From Lepidodermella squamata (taxonomy: Eukaryota; Animalia; Gastrotricha): a stretch of 64,000 nucleotides of DNA. Under the pieces are notes generated by a model, which was given only the letters and a program-made list of their open reading frames with translations, did no database searches and was not told where the DNA came from. The stretch is from positions 1 to 64,000 of the forward strand of contig JBLDXI010000081.1 of NCBI GenBank assembly GCA_047495785.1, given 5' to 3'. Positions 11,323 through 22,538 of this stretch are shown here, piece after piece. Numbering within the stretch: the first letter of the stretch is position 1; every line of letters starts with the position of its first letter. Made by a program: the position numbers and the translations under genes.

Positions 11323-11728
11323 TGAAACTTTTGGACCAAAGGACCCCCTATGGCCTATGGTACCTTAAGGGTTTCTTATGCTGGGACCTCTCGAGCTGGG
11401 GCCTGTTGTACCCCTGAACTCACTGAACTGGATTGCAACAATTTTCAAATTTTCCATACACTTCGGTAGAAAAACTTTAATCTATCAGAGCTGTTTTCTA
11501 TCTGTTACTGGAAACGAAACGTTGCTTAGACTCGGGTCTACGAGACAGAGAACATGTGGTCAAGTGATGCGATTTTCACGCCTTTTTTAAATGGAAAACT
11601 TCGGAATTCAGTTCAAATTTTCACGCCCTTTAAATGCAAATTCAACACCCTCTATCAATTGGCGTTACTGTCGAGATAATCGAAGGTTCCCTACTCAGAG
11701 AAATTAATCTGTGTCTGAAAACAGGACA

Positions 11729-11897
11729 GCCCACCTCGCACAGGAAGCTATTCAAAATCTGACATACGATAATTCTGAGCCCAATTTTCATACAAATTCC
11801 AAACTCAAACAGGAATGATTTATTTAAAAATATCGTTTTAGTGAACAAATCAAAGCATGAACATCAAAAAATCGTCAAATCAAGCTCTACAGAGTAT
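11729..11897 (+). repeat. Dispersed repeat also at ~21678-21836
   Basis: cccacctcgcacaggaagctattcaaaatctgacat...caagctctacagagtat shared by both sites. Confidence 0.85.
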
Positions 11898-12213
11898 TAA
11901 ATCAATTAAAAAAGACATTTTAGCCACAAACAAAGAAATGCCTATTAGCTAGTCCGAAACTCAAACACTTTCAGAAACCACGGAAATCACGTGATAGCAA
12001 ATGAAATAGCGATAAACAAGCACGTGCCACCGAAATGCTCACCGAGCATCCGTGCCAGCTAAATTATCCGTGTCCGTTCATTATTTTCAGGGCAAAATTT
12101 AGCTGAATCGCAGTAATCACATGAGGATAAACACGCACGTGCCATCAAAATGCTGTTGAAAAAATGTTGAGGCAAACATTTACTAATTTATTTGCCTTGA
12201 TTTGTTTTTATAA

Positions 12214-14558
12214 ATGACGCTCGTAAAACTTTTTCTGCTGTTAGCGGTCCTTTTCAGCAGTTGTAACTGCTACAAACGATGCTTTTCACGCCGGAATGAC
12301 GAATTCGTTGCCTGCAAGGATGATTGTGACCTTTTTGATGAAGTCCAGGTAATTTGGCTGAAAATAACAAGCGATCCGATCGATGCTTATTTCAATTCAG
12401 CTTGGCCCGAATTTTTCCAGTTTTTCGACCTGTACACTAGGCGTAAGTTTTATGGAAAACAATCTTAGCTAAGAGCTATCGCATAGAAAAACCAATTTAA
12501 AGTCAACCCGCAGCTGCTACAACACAAAACTGTTCACTCTACGATGCCTTCCTCAAATGGGTTCCTGCTCAAATGACGAAATCTTGGTAAAATCAACCCG
12601 AATTTCCACAAACACAATTGCTTTCTAAAATAATTCTCAAGCATGTCAATTTTGCTGGGGTGGCGTTCAAGCCTCGATATGACGTTTGCATCGATACAAT
12701 TCGGCCATACATGGTATTATTAACAAATTGATGAATTTGTAGAACTTATAATTTTCCCTTGATCAGAGTAACCCATAGCGAAACAGTGCTTGAAAAATTA
12801 TGTCATTACATGCATCCCTATAGAAAGCAACTGTTCATCAGGATGGGTAGGTATTTTTTACGTGCCTCAATCTTCATTTAAATCTAAAATTCGCTTTAAT
12901 TTTTCCAGAGTGAATTGCCTCTTAAAATAACTTTAAATGACTGCCTAAACGAGATTCCAGGTTTGGTGTTGCTCGAAAACAACCATTTTTCCGTTCATTT
13001 GTGTTTGTTTCGATATCTAGTCGCCAGGAATCCGGATTATTCGTCTCACGTTCGTTGCTTCTGAAAAGCTGATCGCTCCTTCGCAGGGTGCAAGGCTGCT
13101 ACCCCTGGTTGTAATGTTACCTCGCAAACTCAGGTTGGCTTTTTTTACCAAATTAAAACTTGGACTGAATAATGCTATTCCAGGAGTTTAGTGGTGGAAT
13201 GTACATTGACAAAAGCCATTGCTCAGACGGAGTGAGTATTGCATCAACTGAAAATTTAGACTAAATTCGTCATCCACACTGATTTTAGCCAGCAGCGTTA
13301 TGTAAGTCTGATTCATCGTTGGTGTGCCGCGGAATATGCAGGTCGCCCATGAGCTTGGTAGGATATTCTTCCTATATTCCGTTTTTTCTTTCATTATTTT
13401 ATTCTCAGGTGGCAACATCCACAACATTCACAGCTAAAGATTTCGGTTCGAACTATGCTGGATGTTTGACTGACCTTGCCCAGTATATTGTAAGCATTGG
13501 AATGCAACTTTAGCTCTTTTTCCTTCTAACTCTTCTTTTCCCAGTAACCGCAGCAGTTATGTCTGAACTCGCAAACCTACGCTCTGGTCAAATGCGTACC
13601 TACAGATAACAGCGAAAATTGCCCAGCCAATAGTAAAAAACAGCTTTCGACTGGTGTGACCTTTTCGAATCGCGGCCAATGCGAATCCGGTTTTTTGACG
13701 ATTTCTAGCTCCTCAATCTTTTTTCCCTCATAAGCGCTGTTTTGGTTCAACAGAGCCGACATTTTCCGGTTGTAAGCCAGCTCAGTTGCCATGCGATGGA
13801 ACAGATGTAAGTTGATATCATGAAAGCAAATCCTTTTATTTTTGTTTGCTTTACAGACACCGAGTCAATCTGTTTTACCGACGAAAGCAGCCTGCGAAAC
13901 GGGGGTATCTCATTTCAAATTCTATCGAATTATATGAAATAATCCTGTTACTAGCCAATCAATATGTGCTACGATACTGCAACTGGCGGTAGCTGCCTTA
14001 ATTCAAGTCCAAACGGAGCTGGGAAATATGACGTAATTAATTTTGATTTTTTTCCTAATAATTTGTTTGTTTGACGACTTTTTTTACAGCTCGGGACGAT
14101 CGGGTCGAATTCGACAAGTTTTGCCACCAATTTTCAAACTTGCGTTGCTGCCACTCAGGTAATGGCTTAACGCAGCTTGGTTTAATCGCCATTAAAGTCT
14201 TCTATTTTCTTCGCAGGGGAAACATAAGAAATGTTTTGATTCCAACACTAAGGTCTTCGCAATTTGCGTTCCAGTTGGCTCCAGTTGTCCAACATCGACG
14301 GTGAGCTGTACAACAACAACTGTTGCCCGAGTTATAATATAAGATTTCCATTCAAAGATGCCGAGCCAAGATGAAGTCTCATATGACTCATTCGCTGTTT
14401 GTAAAGGTATTTCATTGCAAATTTTACTCGGCATTTAATTCCAATTTGTCTACTATATAGCTGCCCCCTCGTACATTCGCTGCTTCTACACCGACAAATC
14501 TCACAATGGCTGCTTTAATGGCCCATCTTGTCCTAATCCTGAAATTAACGTGGCATAA
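12214..14558 (+). CDS. Putative multi-exon secreted cysteine-rich protein of unknown family (possibly pseudogene)
   Basis: Signal peptide + CFSRR..C..DC exon, series of ~50-60 nt GT-AG introns, Cys-rich mini-exons, last exon SYIRCFYTDKSHNGCFNGPSCPNPEINVA*. Exon phases not fully resolved. Confidence 0.45.
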
Positions 14559-15019
14559 AATCGCCACATATTACCTCTTATTACCTCTTTGCCTGTCTTG
14601 AAGGCTTGGAAGAATGTAATATATCCGATGTAATATATCCTTATCCAATACGGGCGATAAATTCTGCATTCAACCGTGTAAAGCATGTCTGAGCGCTATG
14701 CGCGCAAGACGGTCAAATTTCGGGAAAATCATGAAAAATGTAAATCACCCAAAAATGTTCGCTCGAGCGACCAATGGAAAAATCGACACTAACAAAACAC
14801 CGGCAACCTGTATATAGGCGAGACCTATACCGTTAGAAATGGCGATTGATTGCGCACATTCTAAAATTCACCCGGTGACAATAGGACACAGTGGAGTGAG
14901 GCGCGGCGCGAATAATCGTTCTACACAGTACTATTCAGCACCACAGCAAACACCGTATTCAGCAAAGTACACGTTGTTATTATCAGTGTAACCAGTCTCT
15001 AGTTGCGACAGGGGCGACA

Positions 15020-15175
15020 GATGGGCGACAGAACGACTCGCCTAGAATAGAAACAAATGGCGTAAAACCTGATCGCTAGAAAAAACTGAACACGCCAGTA
15101 AATTCTGCGCATACAATGCATTACGCCATATGCTTCCATTTTAGGTTGTAGGCGAGTCGTTCTGTCGCCCACCCG
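15020..15175. mobile_element. MITE related to 2552-2733
   Basis: tgggcgacagaacgactcgccta...taggcgagtcgttctgtcgccca inverted ends; shared internal tggcgtaa/ttacgcca. Confidence 0.75.
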
Positions 15176-15539
15176 CCAGTCTCGATTTCTACAGTGCAGG
15201 TACTCTACCACAATGAATAAGCGATTTGTCATAAATGATGCAGCCCACCGTCATTTAGTTACCAAGCAATCTTCTGTTTTTCGATAATGTGCATATAGGA
15301 ATAGGTAGAATGACGCAACGTCGTAGTTGGTAGCCGCTGAATAATTCAAAAGAAACGCAGGTGACTGACTATGTGGGGAGTATATTAGCAGAACATCCAC
15401 GCAAGCTAACGCCACTTTTACGCCACAGCTTTCTTGTTTGCAAAACTCGCATTTCGCTTCAAGAGGAAATAAATTCTCTCCGTCTGGCAAGTTATAATCC
15501 ATTACACGGCTTTTTACTTGGTCTCTACGTCTACCTGAA

Positions 15540-17466
15540 ATGGCGAATTCAGCAAACTCCGAAATGGCAGACATCGACGAACACATTTGCCGATTGGTCT
15601 ATCGAGAATGTGGTCAGTTTGTGTTGGATCAGGAAGGACTAGAAAATATCCTTCTCAATCCGGCCATCAGCGACAAGCCTGTTATCGTTGTATCAGTAGC
15701 CGGGGCTTTTAGAAAGGGAAAGTCATTCTTGCTCAACTTTCTGGCTCGCTACCTGAAAGCGGATGTAAGATGTTTTTAAATTAAAATCATATTACTGGTC
15801 ATGTTGCCATTCTTCTTTCCTTCATCGCCACAGCAATCGGCCAAGTGGTTAGGAAATCCAACCAGTCCTTTGAACGAAGGATTCCATTGGCGAGGTGGAG
15901 CTCAAGCTGATACAAGTGGTATTTTGTTGCTGAAAACTCCACTGTTTGTGCCTCTTTCTGGGGATCGAACAGCCGCTGTGTTGTTGATGGACACACAAGG
16001 CGCTTTTGATGACATGACCAACACAGAAGAAACAGTCGTAATTTTTGGGCTGAGTACAATGATCAGCTCTGTACAGATTTACAACATCAGTCAACAACTT
16101 CAAAAGGACAATTTCGACCACTTACATGTAATACAAGAAACTCTAATTAAACTTCAATTTAGTTTCAGTTGTGTTTACATTTAATTCACAATAATTTCTG
16201 ATACTTAGTTCGTTTTGGGATACTGCGAGTGTGCAATGAAGCATGGCTATGACAAGGAACAGAAGCCGTTTCAACGACTAATGTTTCTCATTCGCGACTG
16301 GCAGCACCCAGATGATTATGTCTACGGTGTCGAAGGAGGGGGTCGCTTGCTGCAAACAAAATGGCTAAGCTCTAAGACAAAGGAGGTTAGCGAAGCAACA
16401 ACCTACCTAAAGAAGTGCTTCAAAAAGATGGATTGTTTCCTCCTGCCTTATCCTGGGAAGATTGTGGCAACGAAGAGAGATTTCAACGGTCAGCTAAATG
16501 ACATCGACGATGAGTTTCTGCTTTACTTGGATCAGTTTGTCAAAGCCGTCTTTGACAAACCAGAAGACTCAATCAAGTGCGTCAATGGCGAATTTATTAC
16601 CGGTGAAAAGCTTTTGGCTTTTGTGAAAACTTATTTTGCCGCAATGAAGTCCTCAGAGGGTGAAATGCCACGTCCGGAAACACTATTTGCTGCAACCGCT
16701 CAGGCGACAAACGAGAACGCAATGCGAACAGCAGAGAAGCATTACGAGCAGAAAATGAATGACTTGATTGATGGGAAGACGTTAATGGATACTGAAAAAT
16801 TCGAAAAAATGCACTCAAGTCTCAAGCAAGCTGCACAGGAAATGTTCAAGACGTATGTGAAAATAAGCTTAGTCCTAGTTGACAAGTCAGCTTAATAATA
16901 GTGATGGTTTATGTTCATTTAGGACAAAGAAACTTGGAACTGTCGAGTACGTCAAGCAATATGAAGATCGTCTCGTCAATTTGATTGAAAATATGTACAA
17001 GCATTTCCAAGTGCGACACAATCTAAAGTTGCAATACCAAAAGCTGAATACGGAAATGACCACAGCTAAGAGTGACTTGGCCGACGTGCGAAAGAATGAT
17101 AAGAACAACAAAAAGAAGATTGATGCATTGGAAAGTCAGTTAAAGTCAAAGGAGAGCGACATGGAAAGACTTGACAACGAGATAAAAAAAAATCAACTAC
17201 TACACTACGAAGAAGTTCAGAAATTGCAACAGGGTTGGGAACGGCGTCACAGGGAAGAGTTGGATAGTCTTCAACGAATTCTGAAAGAAGAAGGTCAGAA
17301 AAATTCGGCTCGTCTTGAAAAAATGCTTGAAAAAAGTAAGACGGAGACGGAGGAAGCGAGAAGTGCAGCATTTCAGGCCCAACGAGCAGCAGAAGCGGCA
17401 CGAAATCAATCACCCCCAGTCGAGAGATTTGTCTTGATACCTTTTTATCCATATGCCTTCAGATAA
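15540..17466 (+). CDS. Atlastin/GBP-family large GTPase, 4 exons, coiled-coil tail
   Basis: G1 GAFRKGKS, GFHWRGG..DTSGI, G3 LMDTQG, G4 FLIRDW, CFLLPYPG; three short introns near 15765, 16128 and 16853. Confidence 0.9.
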
Positions 17467-18720
17467 AATTCTAGTAGGCGACAATCAGTTGACATCTTGA
17501 AATTTGCTGCCTATAGACTCTACATTAGCAGGTTGATCCATTATAGATTCTCTTGCTTTTTCCCTTGATTTTTCTTTATTTATGCTGAGCGAATGATGCT
17601 GATAATTTTAATGAGTAGGGTTCATCTTTCCGCCGATTAACCGAGTTGTATACCAATTTGAAAACGCCATTGCTTGCTATAGTTAGTGAATACTAATCCG
17701 GATAGAACAAAATAAAGTTCACATTCAATACTCTAAAAATCGAAAAACAATGAGGAAGCGACAAAGTGACGAACTCATTTTTCAGCTAAACGTGGACTTT
17801 GATCCTGCATAGCCGGAGTCAGTGCTCCCTCGATAATTGCACGTGGGCCGGGGTCAAGGTCGTGCAATTTTCAAGGGAAACAGTTAATGGGGGCTGTGCA
17901 TGAGTCAGGGATTAAGTTCGAGCGAGTTGCTAACCAGGCGCTGAACAAACAGCAAAAATGACAACGCGTGGTGATTATCTATTTCGTCTATTGGCTCCTG
18001 TTATGCTCAGCGGTCTTGAAACTCGAATCGATTATAATATGCATTGGCATTGGCGATAAATATTTAATGTCCAGACATTAATGTCATGAGCATTTGGGCA
18101 TCGCTTGCTTCATTTCATTGAAAATATCCAGAATCATTGAAATGAGACAATAAAGATCTTCAAAAATACCGAACAATGACGTATCAACAACAACGCAATC
18201 AGCGCCAAAAGCAGCAAAATCCATTCATTACTATCATTACCAAAGAAGTGGAATACGACGACGATGAAGACGCAAAAAATAATGACCATCATTCATGTAA
18301 ACAAGTTCATGCTAAAAATAGATCGGCAAACGCCAATGGTGCCGTGGCAAATTGCTCTGGGAAAAGGTTTTCTCAATATTTTCAGAGCTTGAAATGGGCC
18401 ACGATGACGGTGACTTCAGCACCCGGTTGGTCACTTAATTCAAACTCTAAATCAAGTTATTCTCAAGAAATTGCTGTTCAGGAATAATTGAAATTGAATT
18501 TTTAAATTTCATTTCATGGAAAATTTGAATAAACAATTTAATTATTTTTTGAATTCATAGGTCGATCGTTCGATAGCAATTCCGTGCCAATGGCTGCCAA
18601 TGCTAATAGCTATCAGCTCTCATGGCTATTCAACTCTAAACGGCTTCAGGAAGGCTTCGAAAATTGCATTCCGAACAATTTTAAACTATTTACATCCGAT
18701 AATTTACTCTGTCATGATTA

Positions 18721-19156
18721 CCGTATTTTACGAATTATTAGGCAGGACCCAATTATAGGGCAGAACCTGAATAAAGGGCAGAGGGTAAGGGTCATTTGAA
18801 ATAATAAAGGGCAGAACCGTATTAAGAGGCAGGGCCTTGTATGAAGTGGCTTACTTGAGCGTTGAGCGCCTGCTGGGTAAGTGGTTAAAGTTGGAAAGGT
18901 TGCGATTTTTTGTCAGTAAGTGCACTAATCGTCCTTTATCCACCTTAATCCACTTGAGCAAATACTTATCGCGTGTAGTCACAGGTGGAAGGCAGTAGCT
19001 ATAGTGGTTATTCGGCGGTTTTAACTGTTGATCTAGGTACTCTTCAGGTGACTGTTTAGGTTCGAAAAATTAAAGGGCAGACCCTAAATACAGGGCAGGA
19101 CTTGAACCTCGTTTGAAAAAATTACAGGGCAGGGTCTTATAATTCGTAAAATACGG
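18721..19156. mobile_element. Tc1/mariner-type MITE
   Basis: TA-ccgtattttacgaattat...ataattcgtaaaatacgg-TA; repeated aagggcag subterminal motifs. Confidence 0.85.
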
Positions 19157-20035
19157 TATTAGAATTTTACCTTGAATAAAAACTGCGAATAACTGAGTTC
19201 CGACTTGAGTAACTTGAGGAATCAAGTGACATGAAGCCGGGCAGTTGAGTATTACAGGATTGTAGTCTACTTGAATAAAGAGCAAAGGTGATATGACAGA
19301 TTGATTTTTGCCCAATTTTTAACTCTCAAAGCAGTTTCGCCGAAATTTTAATCTACAGGGCGTTCGCGTAACAATACTCTGGGTGAGCTAAAAATAGCTA
19401 AAAAAAAGCTAAAGGGCATGCAAAAAGTAGAAAAGCTATTTTTTAGAAGAGTATTAATACGCGAACGCTCTGTATCTGTTTGGCCGAAATTTGGTTGTTT
19501 TAGCGAACAGTTTAGCTGAAATGTTGGCCGAGAACGCTTCAGCCTGTTGTTCAGCCGTGCCTTTGCAGTACGAAACGCGGTGTAGTAGGGTTGAATTGTC
19601 AGCGTCCGATATGCAAGACGGCCTAAAAACGTATTCATCCCGCCAGTTTGCATTGAATTCGCCGGTGTTGTGAGCCTTGATTACGGCGATCAGCTTGCCA
19701 ACTCGAATCACGTCGGCCTGCTCTAAATCGGAAGCCAATTGTTTGTATGATTCTGATGGGCTGTTTTCATCCCACAATGCCACAGTATCACCCTGCAAAA
19801 TCATTCAGTAATACGGCGTGAATTCCTTTGAAAATTCAGACCTCTTGATTTGCTAACGGGCGATCGCTAGTTTTTAAACAGCAGTCACTCCCCAAGGTCC
19901 AGGCACATATTAGGATCGCTACAATTATGAGCCTTGTGCTAATAGCGTGTTTCATATTGTTTGCAATGCAACTGTAATGTGTGAAATGAGGCATTGCTAA
20001 TGATTTCAATGCTTCAATGACGGGGAACTCCCGTT

Positions 20036-20311
20036 GTGCGAATACTACATACTGCAAACTACAAGTGCGAATATTTCATGAAGCATGGCTTTCTTAGGTG
20101 CCCGGCGTCAGCGAAAGTCGTTGAGAACAGCGATGGATCTGTAGCTTTCGCTTCTCAAAATCCAGAACATAACCATGAGCAAGATCCCAAAGCGACGAGC
20201 AGCAAGTTCTTGCGCATTGACCGCACAGCTTCTGCTGTCGTGAACGATTTCCTCAAAGGCTCTAATCCGATTGTCGATGGAGATCGGCTGCAGTCATCTA
20301 GCATATTTTGA
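20036..20311 (+). mobile_element. FLYWCH/WRKY-type zinc-finger remnant, probably from a Mutator transposase
   Basis: YKC-x9-CPA...HNH spacing; no catalytic domain nearby. Confidence 0.5.
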
Positions 20312-20902
20312 CTAACCCTTACGGAGTCATCGAGCAGGTAGATCTCCGCTAAGCATGTGTCTCTACCGCCAATGTCGCCGATTCATTCATTTGCTAGCAA
20401 GACAAACGCGTAACCGCATCGTTTTCGTTTATCAGCTCGTAGCCTGACGATTTAAGCTAAATCAATGAAATGAAATGACAAGAATGATCTTTAAAAGCTT
20501 GCGAGATCTTTTCATTCCATGGTAAGATATCAGTTTACTATTCCTTCCTTGTATGGAATGTTCTTGAAATATGTTTTATACGTACGTTAGTTTACTGGTT
20601 GCTGTTGATGTTGAAAGTGTGTCTCAAAATAGTGATTAGTTTAAGTAACACACCCGAGGGCGGAAGGAATAGGGACAGGGGGCAGGGGGTCCTAAATCCC
20701 AAGCCGGATCCCGGACGAACGTTTCACATGGGCAAAATGTTATGTGTAAACATGTCTATAGCCGATGATATCATCCTCCTGTGACATGTTCCGTTATTGT
20801 TTGCTCCGCAGGCCGATGACTATAGGAAACGGCTTTTCGAGATGCCGCTCATCCTTTTCTTCATTCTTTTCATTTTCACTTCTCATGCAACTTTTCTTTA
20901 CT

Positions 20903-21189
20903 ATGGCCAAGCTAGTTTCAATTATCGCAATTTTAGTGAAACTTTCATATAAAGTTCCTCCACATGGTTGAACCTAAGATATATTTTACAGGTTGCTGCT
21001 GCTGCTGTAGCTGGGGCAGATCGCTTGAATGCTGCTCAGTTGAGTTGCATTGCCCAAATTCCCAGCAATACCGAGTCAGCCCAGCCGTACATTGACTGCA
21101 TCACACAATATCAAATCACAGCTGGGCGAGAGGAAGGTGCAAGGGCAGACCCAGCAGAAACGGCCGCAGGGAGGCGGCTTGTGACATAA
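20903..21189 (+). CDS. Small secreted C-x16-C peptide precursor (exons 20903-20935, 20992-21189)
   Basis: MAKLVSIIAIL|VAAAAVAGA-DRLNAAQLSCIAQIPSNTESAQPYIDCITQYQ...AAGRRLVT*; 56-nt GT-AG intron; paralogues elsewhere in the window. Confidence 0.75.
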
Positions 21190-21321
21190 GTTTGAAGCTG
21201 CTCAAAGGAGATGAAGATGAGAATAACCCTGTTCCGAACCACTGACAGCACTTTGCCGTAGCGAAGATAATAATTTGAGAGATGAGTACCTATGTGGCTT
21301 TGAACAGCGATTTTTTGAGCG

Positions 21322-21652
21322 ATTTGAGCGATTCTCCGTCGATTGGATATGGGGTTCTCGTTCGAAAAAATTAAAGGGAAAATTTTTTACGTGCACTCAA
21401 AATTTGCGATCGAAATAAGCGCGCTCATGATGTGTGTGTCATGTGCGCGAAATTTTGAGTGCACGTAAAAAAATTTCCCTTTAATTTTTTCGAACGAGAA
21501 CCCCATATCCAATCGACGGAGAATCGCTCAAATTTTATTTTGGTCTAAAAACCGACAACATTTTCGAAAAGTCTCCTTTGAAAGGATACGCGTGACCTTT
21601 CAACCAATGGGAGTGCGCGCGCGGACGAAACATAGGCGGGCCCGGAAATGTG
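21322..21652. mobile_element. Deleted relative of the 10363-11322 foldback element
   Basis: Inverted repeat 21322-21533 containing the atatggggttctcg module, plus a diverged TIR (ggacgaaac..gggcccggaa). Confidence 0.7.
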
Positions 21653-21839
21653 CGTGTCTGAAGCTAGAACAACCTCGCCCACCTCGCACAGGAAGCTATT
21701 CAAAATCTGACATCTGACGATAATTACGAGCCCAATTTTCTTATAAATTCGAGGAAGATTTATTTAAAATATCGTTTTAGTCAACAAATCAAAGCATGAA
21801 CATAAAAAAATCGTCAAATCAAGCTCTACAGAGTATCAT

Positions 21840-21990
21840 ATGGCGCTACGCTCCAAGGCAGTTTTGCATGCCTTAACATTTTCACTGAGGCATTGAATCT
21901 AACCAACAGCGCATCGTCGAAATCAACTGCGCATCTTCCTACATTCCCGCCCTGTTCTGAAACCTTACGCTGGATTACTGCTGAATACTT
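21840..21990 (+). pseudogene. Frameshifted copy of the last exon of the LamG gene (9900-10060)
   Basis: GSFACLNIFTE...QQRIVEINCAS..IPALF* with a 1-nt deletion. Confidence 0.8.
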
Positions 21991-22538
21991 TGAGCTTCTA
22001 CACCTGACATTACGAGTAACGATTCGAACGTATTATTATGTTTGGCTATTTAATTTCTAGCCTCGGAGTGTGATAAATCAATAGAGAAACAGCACTAATT
22101 ATGTTTGCCCTTGCTTGCGAGTGAATTTAGTATGCGCTTCGATTTGCAGCTGCAAATCAGATTTCAATATCTTTCACTTCAACGCCAATCAAAATGTTAC
22201 ATTCAGTCTGTGACGTAGGAACTTCGAGCTATTTTCGATTCTGAAAATTCTGATTAAAGGTTCGGCCGTGTGGATTCTCTTGCATATACCTCTCGTGCTA
22301 GTCCTGTTCTCCCTATACTTCGTACAGATTTGTAAATAATGGTCAGAATCGATAAACAAAGTATCAAACTAACGTGTGAAAAAAGGTTAAGCTTTTTTAT
22401 TCGATACCGATACCAGTAAATTTAACGTCTGATATCTTGAAACGCAATATGAAATCAATCAAACTACGAGCATTGAGAAATCGATAATCAAAAATCGAAC
22501 CGAACAACTATTCCTAAATTGGCAGACACAACTGTCAA

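Noticed and set aside
13062-13064. In-frame TGA near here as possible selenocysteine
   Set aside because: It aligns with Tyr rather than Cys in the related motif, and no SECIS could be identified by eye.
19454-19804. 116-aa ORF with faint resemblance to a helicase-associated segment
   Set aside because: No diagnostic motif; cannot support a call.
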